This document shows, piece after piece, positions 20,133 through 30,300 of a DNA stretch of 64,000 nucleotides. This DNA comes from Spirochaetota bacterium. Its GTDB lineage: Bacteria > Spirochaetota > UBA12135 > COTS27 > JAFLEE01. Within the stretch, counting starts at the first letter, position 1; the number at the start of each line of letters is the position of its first letter. The stretch spans positions 5,097-69,096 of the forward strand of contig JAFLEE010000014.1 of the NCBI GenBank assembly GCA_017302015.1, given 5' to 3'. The notes under the pieces are model-generated. The model ran no database searches and was not told where the DNA came from. It worked only from the letters and a program-made list of their open reading frames with translations. The position numbers were made by a program, and so were the translations under genes.

Positions 20133-21224
20133 TCATGGATCTTCTTTCGCGACGAGGCGTTGCAAATCAATTAAATCATAACGGAAGACGCCTATCCCGT
20201 TGGACTCGGTGGGCCAATTGACATAAAGATATCGACCGTCCCTCGAAAAACTTGAATCGACGTGGATCCTCCTTTTCCAAACAAGGTCAACGTTGGTTGT
20301 CTCGTCCAATAGGAAATGTCTTCGGGTTCCTTTCGCTCCCGCATAGTCCAAGGAAAGGACCAAAGGCGAGGATCCATACCATGTCTCTCCGGCGATCCAC
20401 CTTCGATCGGGGGAGACTCCCGGATGACAGAGGTCCTTCTCGGTGCGGGCCACGGGTGGTCCGACCTGGACTCGGTCCAAGTCGAAAAGCGTACCACCGG
20501 CGTAGATCCTTTCATTGTCCCACCAGAAAGGGTGCGCTCCGGGGCCGGGGAAAAAACGGACCTCATTTCCATTGGTCGAAAAGGTGAAGGCGAATTCCGG
20601 CTTTTGGACCTTGACCCAAATGCGACCCCCCTTAGGGCTCCAATAGCGATGCCATATATTCTGGGGCACCGCGCCGCCCATCCTTTCCTTCCAATTGGAG
20701 AACGCCCCGATGTCGAGTATTTTCCGGGTCACGCCCGTGCGTGGATCGACGGTCCAGACATTCCCGTTTTCGAACGAACCGGTGAGGACCAAGCCTGTGC
20801 CGGGGTGGTAACTCACGGGTCCGCAGTTTCCACACGTGATCGTGCGTAAAATTTTTCCCGTCGCGCTTTCGCGAACCACGATCTCGTTGCTGGGGCCTCG
20901 GTGGACAAATGATTCCTCGCCGATCCACAGGGCCATGACCCCGGTGTGCGGGATCGCCTTGATGGCCTCCACAAGTACCCGAGGCTCGGAACCATCGAGA
21001 CGGGAGATCATCAGTTGCGCCGGTTTTTCTAAACCATCGGGCCATTGGACGAAAAGAATGTGACGCCCCTCCGGATCGTCAGGGAACTGGTTCCAGTGAT
21101 AAGCTTTTCGGGCATAGACGGCGGTGGAAACGGGGGTTTTTTGGACCACGGCGCCGCTCATTCGGATTTCAGTTCCTCCAAAAGCCGCGGACATCATGAA
21201 AAGGAGGGGCATCAGGCGCTTCAT
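20133..21224 (-). CDS. secreted beta-propeller-like hypothetical protein (lower-GC gene)
   Basis: 363-aa ORF with signal peptide MKRLMPLLFMMSAAFGG. Repeated WxxxGxxI / YxxxW strands. Noticeably lower GC than neighbours, and an AT-rich flank at 19700-20130. Confidence 0.7.
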   Translation of the reverse strand: MKRLMPLLFMMSAAFGGTEIRMSGAVVQKTPVSTAVYARKAYHWNQFPDDPEGRHILFVQWPDGLEKPAQLMISRLDGSEPRVLVEAIKAIPHTGVMALWIGEESFVHRGPSNEIVVRESATGKILRTITCGNCGPVSYHPGTGLVLTGSFENGNVWTVDPRTGVTRKILDIGAFSNWKERMGGAVPQNIWHRYWSPKGGRIWVKVQKPEFAFTFSTNGNEVRFFPGPGAHPFWWDNERIYAGGTLFDLDRVQVGPPVARTEKDLCHPGVSPDRRWIAGETWYGSSPLVLSLDYAGAKGTRRHFLLDETTNVDLVWKRRIHVDSSFSRDGRYLYVNWPTESNGIGVFRYDLIDLQRLVAKEDP

Positions 21225-21324
21225 GGATTTTCCTTTTTGGGTCTGGCCGTCTTTCCGTATTTTGCCTTTATGCTTCGGCGGATTTCAAGGATGCCCAACG
21301 TGTAACTGAGTCCTTCGATGGGGG

Positions 21325-22656
21325 TCATTCGGTCTTGCCGCTTGCTTCCCCCGCCGAATTCACAACGCTTCCGTCACCCATTCTCATGGGCTTTACCGCA
21401 TCCCAGAGGCGAGCCATGGCCAGCAGGGGGTTATGTCCCAAATAATCGCAGCAGGGCTGGTTGAATGGGGTCTGGGGTTTGCGTTCAAGATCCGCCTGGG
21501 AGCCGCGATCGGGATGGTAGAATTCCAAGATTTTTCCCGTTCGCTCAAACTGAAGCGCCGCGGAATCCAGTGCCCCTTCCAGAAGTTGCCGGGCTGCGTC
21601 TTCACGTTGATAGGCGCAGCATCCTTTTGCGACCCAAAAGACCATGCTATTCCAGACAGGGCCGCGCCACATGCGCAGCGTGAAGGCGGGCTCATCTCGT
21701 GAGACGGAGGGCAACGGGTGGGCGGTCAAGAATCTTTTTGGATTCAAGAGATGCTCGTCGATGAGCCGCTGGGCCTGGGCCGGGCTTGCGGCTCCTACCA
21801 CCATGGGCCAGAACCCATCGAAGCTGAGCGCTTTGCTCTTGCTGTCTCTTTCTATCCAGGCATCGAAAAAGAAACCAACCTCTTCGTGAAAGAGATGGTC
21901 CTGGATATACCGCTGTATTTTCGTTCGTTTCTCAGCGTATTCCCCCGCGGAAATGGAAAGTTTTTTTGACCATTCCTCAGCCGTCCGGTACAAAAGGAAG
22001 AGATGCGCGCTCGCATCGATGCAGGCCGCCTTTTGGTTTCGAACCTTGTCAAATCGCACCCCTTCATCGACACCGCTTTCCCATTCATGATCGAGGATGT
22101 CACGGTAGAAAAAGCCATCCCCCGCCTTCCGGTCCCGCTCAAACCACCCGATTTGACGGATTAATTTCCCATAGGTCTCCTCGCGTAAGCCTTCGTCCCC
22201 ACCAAGTAAAAGCAGCTCGTCCACCAAAATCGGCCAGAGGGGCGGGTGTGTCCACGTCTGTGGTTTCAGGTGGAAAGCGCCCTCGCGAACGTAGAGCACC
22301 CCGGGGAGCATCCCCGTTCCGTACTGGAGCGCCAGATAGTGCATCAGTTGCGACCGCGCATGCCCGGGGTTTTCCGGCAGCACATCGAGTGCCTGGTGGA
22401 TCGTATCCCAATGCCCAAATGCCGGGCCGTAGCAATAGCCGGGCCCAATCTCTTCCCAAGGGGTCATGAAAGGGGGCAATGGCGCCCGGATGCTTTTTTC
22501 ATGAAGATCCATCGTATATTTCAGGAGCGGCTGCCAACTGGCCTTCCCCGGGAACGGGGTGGGACGGTTTAAGTGCATGGGTGTTTTCTCGGGTCCGTTC
22601 ATCTGGGTTTCCATGTGGAAAGGATGGGAATAAAGAGATCTCACGGGTATATCCAT
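21325..22656 (-). CDS. six-hairpin (alpha/alpha)6 glycoside hydrolase, GH63 / trehalase-like superfamily; start uncertain
   Basis: 443-aa ORF, ...FDGFWPMVVGAASPAQAQRLIDEHLLNPKRFLTAHPLPSVSRDEPAFTLRMWRGPVWNSMVFWV..., typical of GH63/GH37/GH100-type barrels. Confidence 0.65.
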   Translation of the reverse strand: MDIPVRSLYSHPFHMETQMNGPEKTPMHLNRPTPFPGKASWQPLLKYTMDLHEKSIRAPLPPFMTPWEEIGPGYCYGPAFGHWDTIHQALDVLPENPGHARSQLMHYLALQYGTGMLPGVLYVREGAFHLKPQTWTHPPLWPILVDELLLLGGDEGLREETYGKLIRQIGWFERDRKAGDGFFYRDILDHEWESGVDEGVRFDKVRNQKAACIDASAHLFLLYRTAEEWSKKLSISAGEYAEKRTKIQRYIQDHLFHEEVGFFFDAWIERDSKSKALSFDGFWPMVVGAASPAQAQRLIDEHLLNPKRFLTAHPLPSVSRDEPAFTLRMWRGPVWNSMVFWVAKGCCAYQREDAARQLLEGALDSAALQFERTGKILEFYHPDRGSQADLERKPQTPFNQPCCDYLGHNPLLAMARLWDAVKPMRMGDGSVVNSAGEASGKTE

Positions 22657-22710
22657 TTGAACACATCATACCTATAATTAACGTATTCTCCTCCCCGCCG
22701 GGGGCACGGC

Positions 22711-23484
22711 ATGAGCATCGGACGGCCCTTCACCTGCTATTACTGGAAAGTCGATCGGCGTTATACCTTCCGGGCCCATTCCCATAGCGATCGCTATGAG
22801 CTCATCGTGGGCCTCACGGGTGAACTGACCCTTGCCATCGCCGACCGTTCTTGGAAAATCGCCCCCGGTCGTATCCTGCTGTTATCACCGGGAACCCATC
22901 ACGGGATTTGGAAGACCGGGAGCCTCGACACCACCTATTTCAACGCCACCTTTGCGGGGTCGGATCGCCTCTTCCACGAGCTCGCCCAGCGGGGCCCCCT
23001 CCAAATCCCAAAAAATTGCGACGCCTTTTGGCTGCGCCGGGAGACGCGGGACCGGGTGCAATACCTCAACCCGGCGAGCGAGGCCTGGCTCATGGGCAAA
23101 ATCTACGCGTTGTGCGCCGAGCTGGTGCTGTTCTCGAATTCCCGCTCGGCGTTGTCAGAAAAGAAAGTAGCCCCGGGTCATTTTGGGGAGCGCCTCCAAG
23201 CCCTCGTGGAGAGCCAGCCGGACCAGCTTCACCGGCGCAAGCACCTTGCGGCCTATTTCGGCTTCACCGACGCCGGCCTCTCCATGAGAGCCAAGCGGAG
23301 CACGGGGCATCCGCTGATGAAACTCTATGATCAAGTCAAGTGCGCCCAGGCCAGGCGTTTTCTCCAGAGGGGTTTTTCGGTCAAAGCGACCGCCGAAGCT
23401 TGCGGGTTTGCCAACGCATTCCATTTCAGTCGCAAGTTCAAGTCCGTCTTTGGCCTTCGTCCGTCCCAAATCCGGGAGGAATAA
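22711..23484 (+). CDS. AraC family transcriptional regulator (cupin sensor + HTH)
   Basis: 257-aa ORF. N-terminal cupin-like HSHSDRYELIVGLTGEL; C-terminal HTH ...VKATAEACGFANAFHFSRKFKSVFGLRPSQIREE. Confidence 0.85.
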   Translation: MSIGRPFTCYYWKVDRRYTFRAHSHSDRYELIVGLTGELTLAIADRSWKIAPGRILLLSPGTHHGIWKTGSLDTTYFNATFAGSDRLFHELAQRGPLQIPKNCDAFWLRRETRDRVQYLNPASEAWLMGKIYALCAELVLFSNSRSALSEKKVAPGHFGERLQALVESQPDQLHRRKHLAAYFGFTDAGLSMRAKRSTGHPLMKLYDQVKCAQARRFLQRGFSVKATAEACGFANAFHFSRKFKSVFGLRPSQIREE

Positions 23485-23771
23485 AGGGGATAGGGCACTC
23501 GGCATTTTCCCGACCGTCCTGCTATTTGCGCCTCATAGAGAGACCGAGGCGCCAAGCTTTCGCCTTTCCCGATACCTTCGACGATTTCGGTATCGCCCGT
23601 TTCGAACACGGGTGCTGGGCCGCGGTTGCCGATCGCGTATCATTGCGGCTCCAAGGAGCAGGCGTGTCAGCGCCATCCTCTCGCCCCCGGATTCCCCGGC
23701 AGTTCTCCATCATGGCCATTTCCATGATCGTGACGTCTGAGGCGCCGCTTCGCAGCCTCTTCCCACCGGCC

Positions 23772-23995
23772 TTCATGGGGACGGGCTGGCAATGGGCCAC
23801 GGGGCCCGAAAAATCCTGGAACGAAGCGCGGGCGGGAAACAGCAGGCCAGCTTCGGGGCGCAGCTTTCCCCAGTACGGAAAATGGTTCTCGGTGATGAAC
23901 ATCTGCCGATCGATATGGCGCGACCGCGGAATGCGGGCAAACGGGCGCGTACGGAAGATTTTTTCCGGGTCCTGGAGAAGGTTCAGCAATGCCCC
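23772..23995 (+). repeat. mosaic of two abutting short duplicated gene fragments (from 14351-14510 of the GH gene and 18587-18653 of the M14 gene)
   Basis: 23772-23925 (tcatggggacgggctggcaatgggccacggggcccgaaaaatcctggaacgaagcg...cagtacggaaaatggttctcggtgatgaacat) parallels 14351-14510. 23928-23995 (ggaatgcgggcaaacgggcgcgtacggaagattttttccgggtcctggagaaggttcagcaatgcccc) parallels 18587-18653. Confidence 0.75.
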
Positions 23996-24297
23996 GGCCA
24001 AATGGCCGCGATCTTCCTACCAGAAGAGGGCGGCTTCGACCTCAGGATAGCGTCCGGTGTACGGGCCCTCGGCCTCCGACGATTCCACCCCTTTGAGAAC
24101 CGACGACACCTTGTTCTATAATTGGCGAATCGCCTGGCCCATCCGTTGGAAATGCCCCAAGAATTTTTTTTCGCCCCGTCGGCACCGGTTCGACCGCTTG
24201 CCGGCTATCATTCCCTAGCGCCATCGCGTCCCGCCATGGGGACCGCCCACGACCGCCGATTTGCGAGAAGGATCCCGGCGGGGTAGAGTATCTGTCC

Positions 24298-25104
24298 ATG
24301 CGCCGCCAGTACCGTGTCTACTTGCCGGAGAACCGTCCCGATTCGGGCTCCCTCGCCGTCATGTCCCTCGGGCATTTCCAGCGCGAGTCGTTCTTCCGTT
24401 ATCCCCATGGCCACCCCGCCTGGGCCTTCGTTTATTTCGAGACGGCGGTGACGGTGCTCCTCGGCGGCGCCAAGCGACAGATCGCCGGCGGCCACGCGGT
24501 CGTCTTCCCGCCTTCGCGGCCCCTCTTCTACGGCCATGAGAAGGGCTTCCGCCAGCGCTTCCTTTGCGTCCGCGGCCCCGAACTCGCCCCATGGGCGAAG
24601 GCCCACCGGCTCCCCATCGAGGCGCCCATCCCCTGCCCCTCCGCGGCCCTCTTCGCGGACGCCCTGCACCGCATCGACGGGGAACTCAGCGCCCATGAAA
24701 ACTTCCATCCCGCCCTCGTGCGCAACCTGGTGGAGAACCTGGTCATCGAATTGGCCCGAGCCTCAGAGCCCCGTCCCGCCCCCGCCATCGATGAGCGACT
24801 ACTCCGTGCACGGCGCCATCTGGAGACCCATTACCCCGAACCTCTGCGCCTCTCGGACCTCGCCGCGGTCGCGGGCCTGTCCGCCTCGCGCTTTTCCCGG
24901 GCCTTCCATGCCGCCTTCGGCGCCTCGCCCATCGAACTCCTCATCCAGGTCCGACTGGAGGCTGCGCGCGAGAAACTCCTGTCCTCGGACTTACCGATCC
25001 GCGAGATCGCCTTCGAGGTCGGCTTCCCCGACGCCCTCCATTTCTCGAAGGTTTTCACCCAGCGCCAGGGTCAGGGGCCCCGGGCCTTTCGGCGGGGCAA
25101 ATAA
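24298..25104 (+). CDS. AraC family transcriptional regulator
   Basis: 268-aa ORF. HTH ...LSDLAAVAGLSASRFSRAFHAAFGASPIELLIQVRLEAAREKLLSSDLPIREIAFEVGFPDALHFSKVFTQRQGQGPRAFRR. Confidence 0.85.
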   Translation: MRRQYRVYLPENRPDSGSLAVMSLGHFQRESFFRYPHGHPAWAFVYFETAVTVLLGGAKRQIAGGHAVVFPPSRPLFYGHEKGFRQRFLCVRGPELAPWAKAHRLPIEAPIPCPSAALFADALHRIDGELSAHENFHPALVRNLVENLVIELARASEPRPAPAIDERLLRARRHLETHYPEPLRLSDLAAVAGLSASRFSRAFHAAFGASPIELLIQVRLEAAREKLLSSDLPIREIAFEVGFPDALHFSKVFTQRQGQGPRAFRRGK

Positions 25105-25400
25105 ACACCGAACGGGGCAGGATCTTCCATTTACCTGGACGGGATGCCGGCCTATGCTTACCCCAGAACGGGAGGTGCCTCGTGAACCATGGCCGAATGA
25201 ATTGCATCGCCCTCACGGGGGCCCTCATGCTGTTCGGCATCGGCGCGGAGAATACGGCGCCCGGCCACCCGGAAAGCCTCTTCGGGAAGACCCTGGAGGA
25301 GATCGGCAGAATGGGCGTCGGGCCGTCGATGGACTGCGCCGTCGACGGGAATTACCTCTATTCCATCGGGGACGGAAAACTCCGCATCTCCCGACTCGAC
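24610..25400 (+). repeat. intact source copy of the segment duplicated at 18895-19685 (spans the AraC 3' end, the intergenic promoter and the 5' end of the LVIVD gene)
   Basis: See the feature at 18895-19685. This copy keeps both reading frames open. Confidence 0.8.
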
Positions 25401-27215
25401 GATCCGGCCCGCCCCGCCCTCGTTTCGACCCTGACCGAGCTCGGTAATACCCGGCAGATCGATGTTGCCAAAGGCATCGCCTACATCACCTCCCGGGAAG
25501 ACGGCCTATTTCTCGTGGACGTCTCCGATCCGCTGAAACCGGCGATCCTTTGCCAGTACGACACGATCGAATTGGCGACGGGGATCGCGGTGGCTGGGAA
25601 TCTCGCCTACATCGCCTGCCGTTCCATCGGTGTCGAACTCGTTGACGTGGCCGATCCCCGCAAACCCAGGCATCTGAGTTCGGTCCGCACGGGCGAGGCC
25701 CAATCCCTCGCCGTGCGGGATGGCGTCCTCTACGTCGGCGTCTGGGGTTCCCGCGAACTCGTGGTGTGCGATGTGGGCGATCCGTGGTCCCCCCGCGTCC
25801 TCTCCAAGACCCCGTTGGACGGCTTCGGCGATGGGGTCGATGTGCGGGGCAAGTATTGCTTCGTCGCCACGGGCCACCACGCGCGCTCCCTCAGGAAGCA
25901 CGACGCTTCGGACCCCGGATTCGGCGCCGGCCATGGCCTCGAATGCTATGACGTCTCGGATCCCGCGAAGCCGGTCCTCGTCTCGCGGGTCAAACTCCCC
26001 AGGCTCTACTCCCTCGGGAACGACATGTGGGACGTCCAGGTGTCGGGGCCCTACGCGTTCGTGGGAGATACCTATAACGGCGTCTTCGCGGTGGAGGTTT
26101 CCGACCCATCGCGCATGCGCTTCGCCGGGCACCGCCAACTCGACTGGGTCGCGGCGCGCAAGCAATTCGGTTTCGTCGGCGGCTTCGCCATCGGGAAGGG
26201 CTGCCTCTATGTCGCCGGCGGGTCCACCGACCTCCACGTCATCGCCGCGGCGGGGATGGCGGTTCCCCAGATCCGGGAGACCGGCTGGGCCCCCGCGATC
26301 CCGCCGGAGCCGGATTCGCCGGATGCGCGCTTCCACCGCTATGCCGCGGGGGGCCAAGTCTATGCCGTCGCGATTTCGGGATCGACCGCGTTCGCCGCGG
26401 CGGGCGCCGCCGGCTTGCACGTGTTGGACTTAGGCGGGGGGGGCCTCGCTCGCCGCGCGGTGGTAGAGACGGGGGGATTCGCCCTGGATGTGAAGATCAG
26501 GGGCGACCTCATCCTGACCGCCGAAGGGAAGGGAGGTCTCGTGATCTCCCGTTGGCAAGACGACCGGATGGAGTTCCTCGGGCGCTACCGCGACGGGAAT
26601 CTACCGGTCAAGCAGGTGGTGCCCGTCCCCAACTCGCCCTACGTGCTCCTGCAGGTCGGCGGATCCCAGATGCAGGTGGTGGACATCTCGGATCCGAAGC
26701 GGCCGAACTTCGTGTATCGCGACAAACGCACGGGACTACTATACGGCTACCAGATCAGCGAAGGCGCGCTGGAGGACCGGTGGGGCCTCTGTTTCTGGCA
26801 TGTCAGCGGGTTCCATTGGTACGACCTGAAGACGGGCGGAGTTCCCGCCTACGGGGGCAATTTCCAACTCAATATGAGCCCCGCCGACGGCGCGGTCTTC
26901 ATCGACGGAGGCGCCCTGGCCATCGCGCGCGGGGGTTATTTCATCCTCCGCCCGGGGGAGTTCGCGCCCGCGGATGGCGTGAAGCCCCTCACCCTCGCCG
27001 GCCATCCCCTCTCCGGGAAGCCGAGCCTCTACGGCAAGACGCTCTACCTCGCGGATCGTTTCTCGGGGATGGTGCAGGTGGTCGACATCGAATCCCTGGA
27101 AAAACCCAGTTGGCGGCGTTCGTTCGAACTTCCCGGGAATCCGGGGGCGGTCCGGGAGTTCCGCGGAAAACTCGTCATCCCCGCGGGTTATCAGGGCTTG
27201 CTCCTTGAAAAATAG
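25182..27215 (+). CDS. secreted LVIVD-repeat beta-propeller protein
   Basis: 677-aa ORF. N-terminal hydrophobic MNCIALTGALMLFGIGA. Repeated units of the LVIVD type: YAYITSREDGLFLVDVSDPLKP, LAYIACRSIGVELVDVADPRKP, YAFVGDTYNGVFAVEVSDPS, MQVVDISDPKRP. Confidence 0.8.
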   Translation: MNHGRMNCIALTGALMLFGIGAENTAPGHPESLFGKTLEEIGRMGVGPSMDCAVDGNYLYSIGDGKLRISRLDDPARPALVSTLTELGNTRQIDVAKGIAYITSREDGLFLVDVSDPLKPAILCQYDTIELATGIAVAGNLAYIACRSIGVELVDVADPRKPRHLSSVRTGEAQSLAVRDGVLYVGVWGSRELVVCDVGDPWSPRVLSKTPLDGFGDGVDVRGKYCFVATGHHARSLRKHDASDPGFGAGHGLECYDVSDPAKPVLVSRVKLPRLYSLGNDMWDVQVSGPYAFVGDTYNGVFAVEVSDPSRMRFAGHRQLDWVAARKQFGFVGGFAIGKGCLYVAGGSTDLHVIAAAGMAVPQIRETGWAPAIPPEPDSPDARFHRYAAGGQVYAVAISGSTAFAAAGAAGLHVLDLGGGGLARRAVVETGGFALDVKIRGDLILTAEGKGGLVISRWQDDRMEFLGRYRDGNLPVKQVVPVPNSPYVLLQVGGSQMQVVDISDPKRPNFVYRDKRTGLLYGYQISEGALEDRWGLCFWHVSGFHWYDLKTGGVPAYGGNFQLNMSPADGAVFIDGGALAIARGGYFILRPGEFAPADGVKPLTLAGHPLSGKPSLYGKTLYLADRFSGMVQVVDIESLEKPSWRRSFELPGNPGAVREFRGKLVIPAGYQGLLLEK

Positions 27216-27359
27216 GAAGAAATCGCGGTCAACACACGAATGGAGGTGCGGTTCCGTGGCCCGAGGGCTCAAACTCCGCTCCAAGAAGTCAGATAAAGTC
27301 CTCCTTGACACCGTTTGAAAAGAGTGTAGAATCCTTTAAATAAATCGTTTTACCTAGAG

Positions 27360-30300
27360 GTGACTGTGCGCTCCATCCTTTGCATCCTCTCCTTGTTCGC
27401 GCTCGCCGCCGCCGTGGAGCCCGTGCCCATCGCCCTCCCCAATGGATCCTTCGAACAGGATGCCTGGGATGGCGATCGGGGACTACCGACGGGGTGGACC
27501 CCGGCTCCGATGAACGAGTTCGCCATCTGCGCATTGGACCCCACCACGCGCCATGGGGGCGGATCCTCCCTCCATCTCAAGGACGCCCATACCGGCCAGG
27601 CGAACGAGGGCCTGTCGTATGCATTGCCCCCCAAACAAGTCGAAGCCGTCCTGGGCAAAACCCTCCGATTACGCGGCTGGGTCCGGCAGAAATTCTCGAA
27701 AACCGGCGGCAACGTGTTCCTGGGCATCATGGTGAAGACCCGGGACCAGCGCTGGATCCTGCAGAAGGCGGGGCCGGACGGGGAAGGGGAAAGCCCCTGG
27801 GGCGAATACGCGGTTCGGCACGCGATCCCCCGGAATGCCGAGTTGGTGCGGATCGTGCTCGCCTGCGCCCAGGGCTGGGGGAATATGGCGGAGGCCTGGT
27901 TCGACGATTTGTCCATGGCCTACGAGGAAACGGAAGCCCCCGTCGCCCGGGCCAAGTCCGGGAGCCGGGTGGATGTCTACGACGATTCGTTCCCCAGCCA
28001 ATGGCGCAAGGCCAGCTGGGGCGGACTGACGGTCGAGGAGACGGAAATCGATCCACTAGAGGGCTCCAAGCGCCTGCGGGTTAGGGCCGCCGCCGGGACG
28101 AAGGCGTACTCGGGTTGGCGGATCTTCACCGAGGCCATCAATCGCATGGCCTCGTTCACCGCCTATCGGGAGAACGGCGGGTACCTCGAGTTCGCCGTGC
28201 GACCGATGCCGCCCATTCAGGTGGCCTGGATCGCCGAGAAGGGCGCCGCGCCCCCGGTTCCCATCCGCGATTATGCCTCTCCCCTCGAACGCGGATGGAC
28301 GCGCGTGCGCATTCCCCTCCAAAAATTGATGCGGCCCGAGGGCGGGGAACGCCTCGCGGGCCTCATGTTCCAGTGTTCGGCCGCGCCGGAAGGGGAGGAG
28401 ACGTCCTTCGATTCGATGGCGATCGCCTGCGACCGCGAAAACCTGGCGGCGCCCACGGCCCTGCCGGAAGGGATCCGGGCGGCCCTCGAGGCGATCGAGG
28501 GGCCCGCGGTCCCGTTCACCCGGGATGATTTCGAGCGACCGGAGATTCGGGAGGGCACCTTCTATTGGAAAGGTCGGCCCCATTTCTTCGCTGGGCCCTG
28601 GCATTACGACAACGACACCGATTTCAAGGGCCCCGCGACCCACCGGGAAGGCTACGGGGCGGCGGGCTACGGCGAGACCGTGCTCGACGCCGCCCAGGCC
28701 AAGACCCTCGGGTTCACCTCGCTGCAACTCAGCAGCGCGCCCAATACGCCCCTCATCCTGGGGCTCGACGGGCCGATCATCCCGCGCGACATCGAACGGA
28801 CCCAATTCTACCCGGGGTTCCTCAAGGGGCTTTCGGGGATGCCGTTCGTCCTGGATTACGCCTGGATTTGGGGCCTCGAGAAACTCGACCTCGTCGGCGA
28901 GGGGCGGCTGCCCGCCGACATCCTGCAGCAGAACCGGGGGTGGCACGCGTTCATCCCGTTCTGTCCGGAGCACCCCAAGGGCCGGGAGATCTACCGGCGC
29001 TATTTCCAAAGCGGCGTGCGCTCGGCGCGGGCCAACGGCGGCAACCCGTTCGTCTACGAACTCTTCAACGAATCCTCCTACCAATGCCGCTGCCGATATA
29101 ATCGCGCCGCGTTCGCCGTCCGCCTGCGCGCGCGGTGGGGGAGCATCGCGGCCGCCAACGAGGCCTGGAAGAGCCGCTTCGCCGACTTCGACCAAGCCGC
29201 CGCCACAGAACCCCTCGAGAAATGCCCCGGCCTCTTCGTCGATTGGCTCCAGTTCACCGGGGACCGCTACGTCGAGGTCCTCGAGGAGGGGAAGAAGGCG
29301 ATCCGCGAACTCGACGGGCGACCGCGGGTGTACTTCACGGAGCAGGCCTCCATCCCGAATTACCTCTCCGCCAGCGGGGCCTCGATGGACTACCGCAAGA
29401 TCGCCGCGGCCCTCGACTTGGTCTGCGTGGAGGGCGGGGTGCCCTTCGGCTCCTCGCGCCAGACCAAGGCCCTGTCCGATTTCGAGGCCGTGATCGACAA
29501 CCAGGGGATCCAATATTCCCTCTACCTCGACATGGCCACGGCCCTGGCCAAGGGCAAGCCGGTGGTCAACCACGAACTCTATTGCGGCCGATTCGAGGAC
29601 GGGCTCCGGGTGCCTTCCCGCCGCAGCGACCTCCTCACTTCGCTGTGGAACGAGATGATCCACGGTTCCTCGGCCTCGTATTTCTACGTCTGGGACAAGC
29701 GGTCCTTCGACTGGAAAACCCCCGAAGAGGCCAAACAGAACGTCCTGCAGGGCGGGTACAAGGCTTTCTCGCTGCTGAACCCCTACGCCTACCCGGCGCA
29801 AGCGCACCTCGGGATCCGCGATTTCCACGATGAGATGGAACGCCTGGGGGCTCTCGTGCTTCCGGGCAAGCGCATCCGGGGCCGCGTGGGCTTCTTGATT
29901 TCCTACGCGAGCCTGCGCCAGGCGGCGATCACCCAGGCCCCGACCCTGCGCCTAGCCCGGGAACTCTACCAAACTATCCTGGAATCCCACCTGCCCTTGG
30001 AGGTGGTTTATGAAGAAGATTTCACCGCCAAGGCTCCGTTCGAAGCCGTGGTCGCGCCCTTTTTAGACCACCGATTGGAGCAAACGCCCGCGCGCCTCAC
30101 GGGGTTCGCCGAAGCGGGGGGCCTCGTCGTCGTGAGCGCCGGCGCCCTGGGCTTCGACGAGTACGGCCGTCCCGAAGACGCCTCGGGCTTGCTCGGGGTC
30201 CGCCGCGGCGAAAGCCGCCTCACGGCCACCTGGGGTTCCGGGGATCCGGTCCAATCGCTCAAGGAGACCTACGACGCCACCCCCCTCACCGCCAAGGTGC

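Noticed and set aside
24093-24122. Sigma70-like promoter (ttgaga-N18-tataat) upstream of AraC gene 24298
   Set aside because: Plausible by consensus, but it lies about 175 nt from the start codon within rearranged debris. Without transcript data I do not call it.
28056-29828. 590-aa antisense ORF inside the 27360-31472 glycosidase gene
   Set aside because: Same reasoning: Arg/Gly/Pro-rich nonsense translation, and it overlaps a gene with clear GH42-like motifs.
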